A program made the translations under genes and the position numbers. The notes below the pieces were generated by a model. That model was not told the DNA's origin. It made no database searches and saw only the letters and a list, made by a program, of their open reading frames with translations. A stretch of 64,000 nucleotides of DNA from the human T2T-CHM13v2.0 reference genome, Homo sapiens. This document shows positions 14,733 through 29,114 of the stretch, in pieces. Location of the stretch: assembly GCF_009914755.1 (NCBI RefSeq), contig NC_060927.1. One strand, 5' to 3'. Within the stretch, counting starts at the first letter, position 1. Every line of letters begins with the position of its first letter.

Positions 14733-14773
14733 GTGTGTCTGTCTCTGTGTGTGTTTGTGTGTGTGTGTGTGTG
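14733..14773. repeat. Interrupted (TG)n
   Basis: Visible directly. Confidence 0.9.
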
Positions 14774-16406
14774 TCTACACACATTAGGATTTACAGCTGC
14801 CTGTTGTAATAGGTTCAGTCTGAAAGAATAAACAAGCCTCCTTATTTTGCCATTAAAATACATTTCTTCCCATGGAACTGCTTTGTTGGATCTTTTTGAT
14901 AATTGTAAACATCCTCCTTGGAGAATATCCACCTACCTACATGTTTGTAGTGGGTAATAATTATTTTGTTCAAACAGGCAGGTCTTTGAGTGACAAAGAA
15001 CATGGTGCAAAGGAAGAGGAGTTGGAATCCATTTGCTGCTGTGTTTATTTGCAAAACAGAACAATAAGGAGACTATGTCTACTAACAGGCTTTTTTCTCT
15101 CTCTGCTGTGAGATATAAAATCTTGTGTGTGGAGGAAGAGTTTAAAGGAACAGAGGTTAGAAAGCCAGGATGAGAGAGTGAGAGAAGAGGAAGTTCTAAG
15201 GAGACAGGTATTGAGACAGTGGGAAGGTCCAGGGTTATGGATGGCTGCAGAAGCTGTAGGGAATAGCATTGGAAGGAGAGAGGATCTGGGGCTGTTTGCT
15301 TAGAGGGGGGTGTTTGCAGATGAGTTTGGGGATATGTGGACAGGTGAGGGTTGTTTGCAGAGATAGAGGAGGTTGAGGAGGATATAAGAATGCAAGGAAA
15401 TATTTGTGAAGTAGCTAGGTCTATTTGCAGAGGGGGAGTTGAGGGGACTAAGGGTTTAACTGAGGATGGTGTTTGGAGAACAGAGGATGAGGAAAATAAG
15501 CTGCTTTTTGACTTTTGAAATGAGAATATTGCTAGGAAGTGGTTGTTTCTGGAGCTTCTAATAATTAGCTCCCTCTTCCATGTGTTTTGATGTTGGGATT
15601 AGTGGAAAAAGAGAGAAGTTTTTGTGTCCATTGTTGTCCACTATAAAGCTTGGAGTTTCAGGTTGAACTAGATTTTTTTTTTCCTTCAATCCTCTGAAAG
15701 CTTCCCCTCAGGCCCCATCTGCTGCCATTGGTCACCACAGAAATACCCCCACAGAATTCCTGTAAAGAATGGCACTGCTTCTGAAGGACTGCTCTAAGCT
15801 GATGTCTGAATTCAATTACATGTCATCAGTGCATGCTTTATTCATAACATCATCTTATTGTAAACATCAGTGCTGAAAGAGACCAGCCTGTGGACCACCA
15901 GTGTGCGGGGAGTGCTTTGAACACCAAGCATCAACCACTGTCTGCCACAAAATGCGGACTCCAAGTAAGCGTCTCTGCTCCATGGCTCTTGCAGGGCATG
16001 AGTATAGACTCAAACTTTGTTATAAAGTGGAAATTTTGACCCAAACCCTAATTTTTTTTTTGAAATGAATTTTCCTGAATTTGCTTCTGTAATCTAAATC
16101 CCTCTGCATTTTCTCAACAATATGAAACGATTTACAGTTTTCTATCACTTGCTCTTACAGTCAGTCCCTCTTCGATTAATTCCTACTATATTGATTGGAT
16201 GATCCTAAGGCAGTGTCTGTATATGACAGTGTGAAATGACAAGTAATACGTTGTATAATTTGGGAATTCTCCATACTCACTTCGTATAAATTACCTGGAT
16301 AATTGCATTTATGTAGGCCAGACTTTAAGTCCCTCTTCTCTAACACAACACAGCACAATACAACAGACATTTAAATTTGTTTCTTTGCTTTTAAAACTTT
16401 GTTCTT

Positions 16407-16791
<385 letters not shown>

Positions 16792-19479
16792 TCACTGTTG
16801 TCGATTTATAGTTTGAAGGGGATTAGCTTCATTCTGGTGCTATCTGATACAAATGGAGCTGGAGAATTTTATTTCAAAACAGTTACCAGAATTGTACCAA
16901 AGAGAAAGGAATCTCCCAAAGAACTTTTAAAAATGATCCCTAAGTTGGTTTTTCAGGTAATTTTATTTTCCAGGGAAAAAGTACTGTGACTTTCTGTGGA
17001 TATCTTCCAGCGATCTCTTCATGACTTCTTGGCGTTTTCTAATGAGGTGATGTAGTAGGTTTCAGGTGATAAAATAACAAGAGCACTGGGTGGATTTAAT
17101 TTATGGATTGGAAAGTAAATGCAAACATTTCAACGTACATTAACTTCTTTCCTGTTTAGACTTCCCTGTGTTGCCTTTTCTCTCAGATGGGCACCAGATG
17201 CATTCGCTTCTCCCAGCCCATTCTGTGGATACACATGTAATAAGGCATGTAGCCATTAAGGCCTTTGGGACTGTTTTCTTTCCACAGTAACATAATGCAG
17301 GGATCATATAGTTTCACTGGGACCTCTTTTTTGTTTACGTAAAATATACAGGAAACCCAAAACAAACACATCAGCATAGATCAAGAAGACAGGCTGTAAA
17401 CTTTGGCATCTTCTTTGCCTCCTCTCTTACACATGTTAACACAGACCTCCCTTCCCCACTTCCCTCCCTCCTGTTGTCACCTTGTCAATGCCTCTTGTGT
17501 GCTCTCCCTCACCTCTCACCTTCCTAACTCTGCTTTCTTCCTCTATACTCAGCTGCAGTCTCTGATGTGTGCAATCACGTCCCTCCTGCTCTCATTGCCT
17601 AGGGAATTAAAACCAAACTCTTACTGTGTTCTTCATCCTCCTGCCTCTTCTCTCCTTGCCCACACCCTAATCCTCATTCAAAATACACGACTGATGACTG
17701 GTCCACATTTCCTAGGAGTTCCTAATGGGATTAGGCCTGCTCACACCTAAAATGAAAAGGGCACTCTGGAAATAGGGAAGGCAAGAGCTATCAGTAGCCG
17801 TTGTTGTCACTCATGGGGTCAGAAAAGTCACCCATCTGAATTATTCTGTACCTTTTGAGTTGAATTGATTTGTAAGGTTAAGAGAAATCAAGTTGAAACA
17901 AATATACATATACATTCAGCTGTGGCACGTAAACTAAGCTTCAGGAAAATGAATGGATTCCATATTTGTACCTGATGGTAAATCTCTAAATGCAGAACCT
18001 TTTATACATTCTAAACAGGACCAATAAGCTTGAACTAAAAAGAAAAAATGGGGTATCAAACACGAATATCCCTTTAAATTTTCTCTGGAATATCCTGCCA
18101 TCCCAGTCTTCTGTAACTTTCCTCTACAGATATGCATGGCCAAGAAGAAATGGTGCATGGCTGTTTCTAAGATGTGGTTTATTATTTGCAAATATCCTGC
18201 TTGTTGCTTCCCTAGAGTTTGTAAAGCCGATCTTTCAGCCAACACTACTTTGGAAAATTCTGCTGTTATATTTTGTTTGGCCAACCAATCTGCTTTGGTA
18301 ATCATAGTTTCTGGTTTTTAGAAAAAGTGTATATTTGAGAGGAGGAAAAGTGGTGGCACTTCCTGGGGTAGTAGGGAATCTGTATTGTAGTTTAATACTC
18401 TATAGTTTCTTTAGCCCAAATAAAGACGGGACAGAGCTTCGTAATATTTTAGTCAGGTGGTTAAGTAGCATTTCCAACTACAAACAGGTTCGAGTATATT
18501 AATGTATTTTATCATCTAAAAAATAACATCAGTGTCTTATACTGCTGAGTCAAAAGCCAAACCTTTGAGTATTCATTTTGACATGAGGTATTAAACCCTT
18601 CAATTCTTTACTGTAGGAGTAAATATTTAAAATGCAGTTTGGGTGTAAGTGCTTAGCTTTTTATTCTGCTTAGTGACATCTGCCCTGGCTTGCTTTCTGG
18701 GTTGCTGTGTCTGCATATTATGGGAATACCCTCAACTTAGTTCTGTTTCCCATTTTGTATATATTTCTTTCAAAGCAAAGTCCTTCTTTCTAACTGGCAT
18801 TAATTCTTGTCTATTCTAACATCTCAGATTTTTTTTGTAGCCACACCTAAACACTTGAAGGATTACTGTCCAAGTTAAATCACTTTTAGGGGAGGCATGC
18901 TGCTTGGACCCAGGAGGGCATATCTTACATGGTGGTGGAGACAGAAAAAGATTTAGAGAACTATAAGCGAGAAATACACGATTATTAAATATAGTTCATA
19001 CCAGGAGACTTACAGTCCTAGATTTTAAAAAACGGTGTTATAGAAAATAATGATTTTTCCTATATGGATTTGCTTTTTAATTCTATCAGAGATAGGATGT
19101 TTGTTGGATGTACCAGTGGTCTGACCTAATATGGGCTTGGAAGTTTGTTTACATCCTTTAACTCACAGAATTTTAGGTGTGCAAGTGGCTTTATGCTACT
19201 TTTGAATAATACCAATCAGATTCCCTTCCCTTCAGTGGGCTCCTTCATCATTTCTTTATACTGCAACCTCCTCAAAACTACCACTCTCACTGGATTCGCC
19301 CCACTCTGTGTTCCTTTTCCTGTCAACCAAATATATTTAGGCATGCATAGCAATTATTTGTTCATAAATGTGTTTTTCCCTTTGTACTCTAAGCTATGTA
19401 AAGGCAGGAAATGATATCTCTTACCGTATGTCTCCCAATGCCTAGCTCAGAGCCTGATTTATATTAGTTACTTAATGAA

Positions 19480-19825
19480 GATTAGCATCCTCATAGTAAC
19501 AAAGAAACCCCAAATCTCAGGGGCTGCAGACAATCTTGTGTTGACAAGGACCTTGTTCCATGTCCTCATTCAGGAGTGGGGGTTAACAAAGCCTCTGCAA
19601 GCCTGGATGAGGCTAGTTGTCCTAGCAGGGGGGTGGGAAATGGTGACTGCTGCACTGACTCATGATGCTTCAGCTTGGAACTGGCAAGTTACTTTCTCTC
19701 ATATTTCATTGATCAAAGCAAGGGACATAGCCACACCTAACCTCACAGAGATGAGGAAGAGCAACCTCACTATGTTCCTAAAAGGAGAAGAACTGGAATA
19801 TTAGTGAGTAACACTAATGCCTGCT
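19480..19825. mobile_element. MLT1-type (ERVL-MaLR) solo LTR remnant
   Basis: ctcatatttcattgatcaaagcaag..acatagccacacctaac...ggaagagcaacc...gaactggaatatt resembles MLT1J/K. Confidence 0.65.
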
Positions 19826-20187
19826 AAATAAATGTCTGATAAACAGTAGGCATGGATTTAATGAGTGAAGTGCCTAAAACTACCCATTGAGATTTTTAAT
19901 TTTTTTCCCTGTACAATAAACAGAACTACTCAAATATGGAAGTAAGGTAGCTACATTCTAAAAAACAAGAATATTAATATTATCTAAGCTATTATTCAGC
20001 AAACATCTAGAGACTTTTTATAACAATTCTGTTAGCTTTATTCATATCAGAGAAATATTTGATTTTGTAGTTTTTCAGATGCATAAAGAGTGAAACAGAT
20101 AAATTCATATGATTAATGTTTTTGCCAGAGTCATTTAGAAGACTTGGAAAAAATGTTGCAGTCTTCAATATTTATATATTAAATTAG

Positions 20188-20492
<305 letters not shown>

Positions 20493-20584
20493 AAAGGAGT
20501 TCTTTAACCTTTTTTGGAAAAGTTAATATCTGGCTTGAAAATTGGGCAAGAGCTAAGGAAAAAATCAACTTAAAATGTTTAATT

Positions 20585-20884
<300 letters not shown>

Positions 20885-21628
20885 AAAATGTTTAATCAAC
20901 TTTAAAATGAAGTGTTGCTACATATTCTAGTATTTTATGGTAAGTGAGTTTTTTTTTCCTGGTTGTCAAAATGGTCCAAATGTATTATATAAAATGTAGA
21001 AAATATGAACTAGTATGAGAGAGGTAAGTTAAGTCACTGGTAAAACTGCCATCCAAATAAAATCACTACTGATTTTTTTGGTGTGATTTCTTCCAGTCCA
21101 TTGTTATTGTTATTATTGCTGTGGAAGAATAGGCATATTGAGGAGGCAAGAGCAGATACTGGCTTGTACTAGAGAGGCTACCATGGAAATGCTAAGAAAT
21201 TATCAGATTCAGAATGTGTTTTAAGGACAGTGTTGATAGGATTTATTGATGGATAAAATGAGGAAGGGGGTGCTAGTGACAGAGGAGACCAATGTTGATT
21301 CCCAGGATTTTGGCTTGACCCCTACCTGTGTGTGTGGTTGGGTGTATGTACAGTTGACTCTAGAGCAACTTGGCGGTTAAGAACACTGACACCCTGCTAA
21401 GTTGAAAATCTGCATATAACTTTTTACTCCCCCAAAACTTAACTACTGTTAGTTTACCATTGACTAGAAGCCTTACTAATAACAAAGCCAATTAACACAT
21501 ATTTTAATACAAAATAACACATATTTTATATGTATGATGTACTATATTCTTATAATAAAGTAATTTAGAGAAAAGAGGTTATTAAGATGTTCATAACGGA
21601 GAGAAAATGTATTTACTTTTTTTTAAGT

Positions 21629-24386
21629 TATACTTTAAGTTCTGGGGTACATGTGCAGAACGTGCAGGTTTGTTACATAGGTATACACGTGCCATGGTGG
21701 TTTGCTGCACCCATCAACCTGTCATCTACATTAAGTATTTCTCCTAATGCTATCCCGCCCCTAGCCCCCCACACCCTGACAAGCCATGGTGTGTGATATT
21801 CCCCTCCCTGTGTCCATGTGTTCTCGTTGATCAACTCCCACTTATGAGTGAGAACATGCCGTGTTTGGTTTTCTGTTCTTGTGTTAGTTTGCTGAGAATT
21901 ATGGTTTCCAGCATCATCCATGTCCCTGCAAAAGACATGAACTTATCCTTTTTAAGGCTGCATAGTATTCCATGGTGTATATGTGCCACATTTTCTTTAT
22001 CCAGTCTATCATTGATGGGCATTTGGGTTGGTTCCAAGTCTTTGTTATTGTGAACAGTGCTGCAATAAACATACGCTTGCATGTGTCTTTATAGTAGAAT
22101 GATTTATAATCCTTTGGGTATATATCCAGTAATGGGATTGCTGGGTCAAATGGTATTTCTAGTTCTAGATCCCTGAGGAATCACCACACTGACTTCCACA
22201 ATGGTTGAACTAGTTTACACTCCCACCAACAGTGTAAAAGTGTTCCTATTTCTCCACATCCTCTGCAACATCTGTTGTTTCCTGACTTTTTAATGATTGC
22301 CTTTCTAACTGGTGTGAGATGGTTTCTCATTGTTGTTTTGATTTGCATTTCTCTAATGACCAGTGATGATGAGCTTTTTTTTCATATGTTTGTTGGCTGC
22401 ATGAATGTCTTCTTTTGAGAAGTGTCTGTTCATATCCTTTGCCCACTTTTTGATAGGGTTGTTTTTTTCTTGTAAATTTGTTTAAGTTCTTTGTAGATTC
22501 TGGATATTAGCCCTTTGTCAGATGAGTAGATTGCAAAAATTTCTCCCATTCTGTAGGTTGCCCGCTCACTCTGATAATAGTATCTTTTGCTGTGCAGAAG
22601 CTCTTTAGTTTAATCATATCCCATTTGTCAATTTTGACTTTTGTTGCCATTGCTTTTGGTGTTTTAGTCATGAAGTCTTTGCCCATGCCTATTTCCTGAA
22701 TGGTATTGCCTAGGTTTTCTTCTAGGGTTTTTATGGTTTTAGGTCTTACGTTTAAGTCTTTAATCCATCTTGAGTTAATTTTTGTATAAGGTGTAAAGAA
22801 GGGATCCAGTTTCAGTTTTCTGTATATGGCTAGCCAGTTTTCCCAACACCATTTATTAAATAGGGAATCCTTTCCCCATTGCTTGTTTTTGTCAAGTTTG
22901 TCAAAGATCAGATGGTTGTAGATGGGTGGTGTTATTTCTGAGGTCTCTGTTCTGTTCCATTGGTCTATCTAGTACCATGCTGTTTTGGTTACTGTAGCCT
23001 TGTAGTATACATTGAAGTCAGGTAGCATGATGCCTCCAGCTTTGTTCTTTTTGCTTAGGATTGTTTTGGCTATGCAGGCTCTTTTTTGGTTCCATATGAA
23101 ATTTAAAGTAGTTTTTTCCAGTTCTGTGAAGAAAGTCAATGGTAGCTTGATGGGAATAGCATTGAATCTATAAATTACTTTGGGAAGTATGGCCATTTTC
23201 ACAATATTGATTATTCCTATCCGTTAGCATGGGATGTTTTTCCACTTCTTTGCGTCCTCTCTTATTTCTTTGAGCAGTGGTTTGTAGTTCTCCTTGAAGA
23301 GGTTCTTCACATCCCTTGTAAGTTGGATTCCTAGGTATTTTATTCTCTTTGTAGCAATTGTGAATGGGAGTTCACTCATGATTTGGCTCTTTGTTTGTCT
23401 GTTATTGGTGAATAGGAATGCTTGTGATTTTTGCACATTGATTCTGTATCCTGAGACTTCGCTGAAGTTGCTTATCAGCTTAAGGAGATTTTGGGCTGAG
23501 ACGATGGGGTTTTCTAAATATACAATCATGTCATCTGCAAACAGAGACAATTGACTTCCTCTTTTCCTAATTGAATACCCTGTATTTCTTTCTGTTGCCT
23601 GATTGCCCTGGCCAGAACTTCCAATACTATGTTGAATAGGAGTGGTGAGAGAAGGCATCGTTGTCTTGTGCTGGTTTTCAAAGGGAATGCTTCCGGTTTT
23701 TGTCCATTCAGTATGATATTGGCTGTGGGTTTGTCATAAATAGCTCTTATTATTTTGAGATACGTTCCATCAATGCCTAGTTTATTGAGAGTTTTTAGCA
23801 TGAAGGGCTGTTGAATTTTGTCAAAGGCCTTTTCTGCATCTATTGAGACAATCATGTGGTTTTTATTATTGGTTCTGATTATGTGATGGATTACATTTAT
23901 TGATTTGCATATGTTGAACCAGCCTTGCATCCCAGGGATGAAGCCAACTTGATCATGGTGGATAAGCTTTTTGATGTGCTGCTGGATTCGGTTTTCCAGT
24001 ATTTTATTGAAGATTTTTGCATTGATGTTCATTAGGGATATTGGCCTGAAATTTTCCTTTTTTGATGTGTCTCTGCCAGGTTTTGGTATCAGGATGATGC
24101 TGGCCTCATCAAATGAGTTAGGGAGCATTTCCTCTTTTTCTATTGTCTGGAATAGTTTCAGAAGGAATGGTACCAGCTCCTCTTTGTACCTCTGGTAACA
24201 TTCAGCTGTGAATCCGTCTGGTCCTGGACTTTTTTTGGTTGGTAGGCTACTAATTGCTGCCTCAATTTCAGAACTTGTTATTGTTCTATTCAGGGTTTGA
24301 CCTCTTCTTGGTTTAGTCTTAGGAGAGGGTATGTGTCCAGGAATTTGTCCATTTCTTCTAGATTTTCTAGTTTATTTGCGTAGAAG
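21629..24386 (-). mobile_element. 5'-truncated L1PA (~L1PA6-8-like), ~2.8 kb, 3' part of the U3-L1 chimera
   Basis: ORF2 RT fragments ([39 protein letters not shown]) and L1 3'UTR; ORFs are fragmented. Confidence 0.97.
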
Positions 24387-24388
24387 TT

Positions 24389-24458
24389 GGTACTCTACAC
24401 ATTCAGAGAAACTTCTCTAGTAATGAAGTATAGAAATGATCCCTGAAAGTATAGTCTT
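24389..24458 (-). pseudogene. U3 snoRNA 5' fragment (70 nt) fused to the 5' end of the L1
   Basis: Reverse complement AAGACTATACTTTCAGGGATCATTTCTATACTTCATTACTAGAGAAGTTTCTCTGAATGTGTAGAGTACC matches the recalled 5' end of U3 (boxes A'/A), starting at U3 nucleotide 1. Confidence 0.92.
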
Positions 24459-27400
24459 ATATTTACTATTTATTAAGTGGAAGTGGATCATTATGAAGGT
24501 CTTCATCCTCTTCGTCTTCATGTTGAGTAGGCTGAGGAGGAGGAAGAGGAGGAGCTGGTCTTGATGTCTCCAGGGTGGCAGAGGCAGAAGTGGAGGAGGT
24601 AGAAGGGGAGGCAGGAGAGGCAGGCACACTCGTGTAACTTTACGCCTTTTTGTAAAGTGTAACTTTTTTGAAGTGTAAAGTTACACTTTACAGAAAGTAA
24701 GCTTTTTACTTTTTTTATTTCTCTAAAAATGTTTTTTTATGGGACCAATCCTTCTTCAGCCATTTGCTATAGTTCAGTGCCTGTATCATAGAAGGGTCCA
24801 CGTTGTAAAAGAAGGCAAAAGCAGTCTCGAATAATCAGAACCCTTCTGCCAGATTGTGTAATGTCAGTTTGTTTTCTGGTACTGCTTCTTCTGTATCTTC
24901 TTCATCATCTGACAGTGGTTTAGAAGCACTTTTCTCTATTAAGTTGTCCTCTGTTAATTCCTCTTGTGTGGTGTATTAGCTGTTGAATTTCCTCAAGACC
25001 CATATCTTGAAACCCTTTACCCACTGCCTTTTTTTTTTTTTTTTTGGCCATATCCACAGTCTCTTTGGTGATTTTCTTGGCTGGCTGTGTTGTAAATTTT
25101 TTGAAGTCATTTACAACATCTGGACACAGTTTTCTCCAGCGGATATGTATTATTTTAGGCTCCATGGCTTTCATGGCCTTTTCTATAACAATGATGGTGT
25201 TGTCAATAGGGTAATACTTCCAGGCTTTTATGCTTTTCTCCCTATCAGCGTTCTCTACCATAGCATTGACAGTGCTTTCCATAGGGTACCATAATGAGCC
25301 TGAAAGGTCGTTAGGACCCCCTGATCTAAAGGCAGAATTAGAGATATGTTTGGGGGCAAGTAGACCACTCTGATGCCTTTGGTGTTGGACTCATGGAGTT
25401 CTGAGTGGCCAGAGGCATTGTCTAATGTCAAAAGAACTTTAAAAGGCAGTTTCTTACTGGCAAAGTACTTCCTGACTCCAGGGACAAAGCATCAGTGGAA
25501 CCAATCCAGGAAAAGAGCTCTCATTGTCCAAGCCTTCTTGTGGTACAACTAAAAGACTAGTATTTATGTTTTCCTTTGAAGGCTCAGGGTTAGCGGCTTT
25601 ATAGAGGACAGTCCCGGTCATAACCATGACTGCATATGCACAAAGTGGTAGAGTAAGTCTGTCCTTTGCTGCCTTAAATCCTTGCTTCTCTTCCTTACTA
25701 GTGAATGTCCTTTGTGGCATTTTTTTTTTTCAAGATCGGGCAAATTTTTTCTGCGTTAAAAACCTGTTCATCCAAGTGCTTGGGAGTTGATTAAAAAATA
25801 TATAAATAAATAAAAACAATGAAACTACCCTGTTCAGGCAGACATCCTTTCTCCTCAGGGAATTTATATGGTGTCTGGGAACTTATCTGCTGCCTCTTGG
25901 TTAGCAGAAGCTGCTTTTCCTGTTATCTTGCTATTTTTTCGGCCAAATCTGTTTCTAAAATATCAAACCATCCTTTGCTGGCATTAAATTATCCAGCTTT
26001 AGATTCCTTACCTCCTTTTGCTTTAAGTTGTCATGTAATGATTTTGCCTTTTCTTGAATCTTATTAGAGTCTATAGGTATGCCTTTTTTATAGCAATCCT
26101 GTGCCCACTTAAAATGTGCATTTTCACTATGAGACTCAAAGTTATCTCACAAAAAGTATAAAATTTTCATACCTGCTGGCATAGCTGCAGTGACAACTTC
26201 ACAATTTTCCTTTTCTTTTCTTATAGTGGTCCTTGTGCTGGATTCATTTATTTTGAAATGGCAGGCAACTGTAGCTGCAGGCCTCAATCTCTGGTACATA
26301 TCAGACAATTCAATTTTTTCTTGCAATGTTGTGACTTGTCTCTGCTTCCTGGCAGCACTTCCAGCATCACTAGTCGCACTTCGTATGGGTCCCATGGTGT
26401 TATTCAGGGTTTATAGTATTACATCAAATGTTTTAAAAATACTTAAGAACCATGAGATATAACTTATTACTGCAATATTAAATTTATGGGAGAGATGAAC
26501 TGCTCATGCAGAGGTGATTAGCATCACATGGCATTTTCAGTGAATACCTGCAACACTTGAGTTCACTGCAGTAGCAACAGGGGGTGTCCACAAAATTATT
26601 ACAGTAGTATAGTATGTACTACAGTTAATTTTATGCAACCATGATATAATATCATATTTTTATGTTTGTTTATATTTCTCTGTACTGAGAATGGCATCAT
26701 GTGTAGTCTGTGTTACTTTTCATAAGACATCTGTATATATTTTATGGTTGTAAATGATGAAATAGACTAGTAGCCACAAATATTTTATGCTCATCACATA
26801 CCTCACTTTTCTTTTTTTTTTTTTCAGTATTTCTAGGCTACACAGTTAGTGTTTTCAAATTATTGCAAATCTCCAAAAAATTTTCCAGTATATTTATTGA
26901 AAAAAATGTTGCATGGGTAAGGGTACCCATGTAGTTCAATCCTGTGTTGTTCAAGAGTCAACTGAATAAGAAAATGACACTCCTTGTATTATATACAGAA
27001 ATATACCTGTGTGTGTATAATCCATGTGTATGGGTGGGTGTTGTAAAAAAGCTGCCCTGATTATATATATGTTTTTTAAAACTAACAACATTTTATGAAT
27101 GTACTTTTTATGCTATAAAATGTACTTCAAAATATGATTTTAAATGATTGTACAATATTCTCTCATGATGTATTATAGCTTATTTAATTTTTTCCCTATT
27201 ATTTGGCATTTATGGTATTTTCCCATTCTAATAAATAACACTGAAATGTCCTCAGGATCCATCTATTTCCTTGTTTTTTCACTTCCAAAATATTTAACTT
27301 GAGAGAATTGTCCAAGGCTTGCTGGAATTTCAGTATGGCAAGCCAACGAGAGGTGATGTTAGTTCAGAATAGAGGAGTCTCAGTTTCAGTCCTCTAAGCG

Positions 27401-29114
27401 GGCATGGTAAGATATTTCTCAATCCAGGCTGGTGTTGCTTTTAAAACCAGAATTGATAGCAGTAGACACATGCTGAGAAGAGTATTTGTCTTGGAGGCAG
27501 AAAGGGCACTGTCCTGGAGGAAATGAAAGCCTTACCAAGAGCTAGATGGCAGGACTAGATCCCAGCTGGGAGCCAAATATAATGAAGAAACTTCATTTTT
27601 TTCTTGAGGTACATTTAAAAAGATAAATTATGTTTGTATCTATCTGGGCAGGGCTTTGGGTTAGAGGAGAAGGAGCCCAAGGCACCTTTATGGACAGTTG
27701 GGTACCTGGCCCATCACCAGGATTTATGCAGCCAGACTGTTTCTTGGCCTTCTGGATAAAGAAGCAGCTCTTTACTAGGCTGCCTGAATTTGCTCACAAA
27801 GTGTGTGAAGCTAAGCAACAGGGTGAAGGTCCTTAATCCATGGCTGAGAGGGAGTGAGGAAGGCTTTGATTAAAATGGAAAGCTTATGTTCATCAAGTTT
27901 TTCACCTATAGGACAACAAGAGCTAGAGGGGTGGAAGATAAAAATACTAGACATAACCTCTTCCTTAAACTTGTGGCCTAGTTACAGAGACAACCACATA
28001 ATGAAACCATTACTAACCATATGTGATACTGTTTATATATAGACCAGAGATGTCATAATTAGTGTCTGATGTGCCTAAGGGTTGGAGGACAGTTATAGTG
28101 GTTCATGAGTTCAGTGACAATGTTTAAACTGTATTTTCCCTTTGCTGATAATCTAAGAAAATTTTTTTTTATCAGGTAGAATTATAAGCCTTCCCATTTG
28201 CAGTAATAGTTTGTAATTCAAAGACATTTTCATTGGCTAAAACTTCAGTGTTTTAAGTTAACATTGTGCAAACCAGGGTTCAAAACATATTTTCTTAAAA
28301 ATTTTAATGGTGGAAGATAGAATCCTGATCTGTCCCTGGAAGAGTGACTAGGTCCTGATAGTTGTTTCTGCTAGAGGAGAGAATTTGCAAGGATGAGCAT
28401 AGTGCATTTGGGGTACTAGAAAATTTAAAGGATATAACAGTTTCAGGTTTTTAAATATACCATCCCGACCATGTGTCAATAATTGGTGGAATACCCTTTT
28501 CTTTGTTATTACCTACCTCTGATGACTAAAGGAGCTTTAAGTCTTTTTGTTGAGAAGGTAACTCCCAGAGTCCTTGTTTAAAGAACCATCTTCTAACCCT
28601 CATGTTATTGATCAGTGTCTAACGTAAACTTTTTTTTCTCTGCCCAAATGTGAATTTTGTTTCCTCAGGACTTTATTTCTGAACAGTTAATGATTCTAGC
28701 AGAGACAGCTATAGGAAAGTCCATTGCATTATGCCTTTGGGCATTAGCTAGTCACTAGGGAAGCAGGTGTTCCTCGAAGGGCCAGAACATTAAGGACAAA
28801 TTGTCTTTTTTAATGTACCAGCCTAATCCTGCACCTTTACTTGGTTAGGGATTTGTTTCGCTCAAATGTCATTGCTGTCCTTTTATTTCTCTTTTGTACA
28901 TAAGTTATCTCAGGTCAATGATCTTTATTCTCCTTTAATTTGCTGTATGGTTTTAACAGATTTTTTAGTAAAACTGAGTTTGTGTTTGTTAGTTGCATTA
29001 GGTCAGACTGCAAGATTATTTGTTCAGATGTAGGCCTAACAAGGGATTGTTCTTTTAAAATCTTCTTTAAGGCAAAATTTTCTGTTTTATTTCTTTACAG
29101 ATTCCAGCAAGATT

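Larger units (their letters stand above)
21351..26964 (-). mobile_element. Near-full-length Tigger2 (TcMar/pogo) transposon, interrupted by a U3-L1 insertion
   Basis: TIRs CAGTTGACTCTAGAGCAAC (21351, preceded by TA) and GTTGTTCAAGAGTCAACTG (ends 26964); broken transposase ORFs on - strand: 26147-26395 (CENP-B-like HTH, TLQEKIEL...VACHFKINESS), 25454-25720 (MPQRTF..KEEK..GFKAAKDRLTL), 24920-25282. Confidence 0.9.

Noticed and set aside
22969-24128. Reverse-transcriptase-like ORFs as a novel RT system
   Set aside because: Frameshifted fragments of ordinary L1 ORF2
24389-24458. Functional U3 snoRNA gene
   Set aside because: Only the 5' 70 nt are present, with no 3' domain (boxes B/C/D) and no snRNA promoter; fused to L1
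24920-26395. Domesticated pogo/TIGD-like transposase gene
   Set aside because: Split across frames with stops; decayed Tigger2 (same for Tigger1 at 43.6-44.9 kb)
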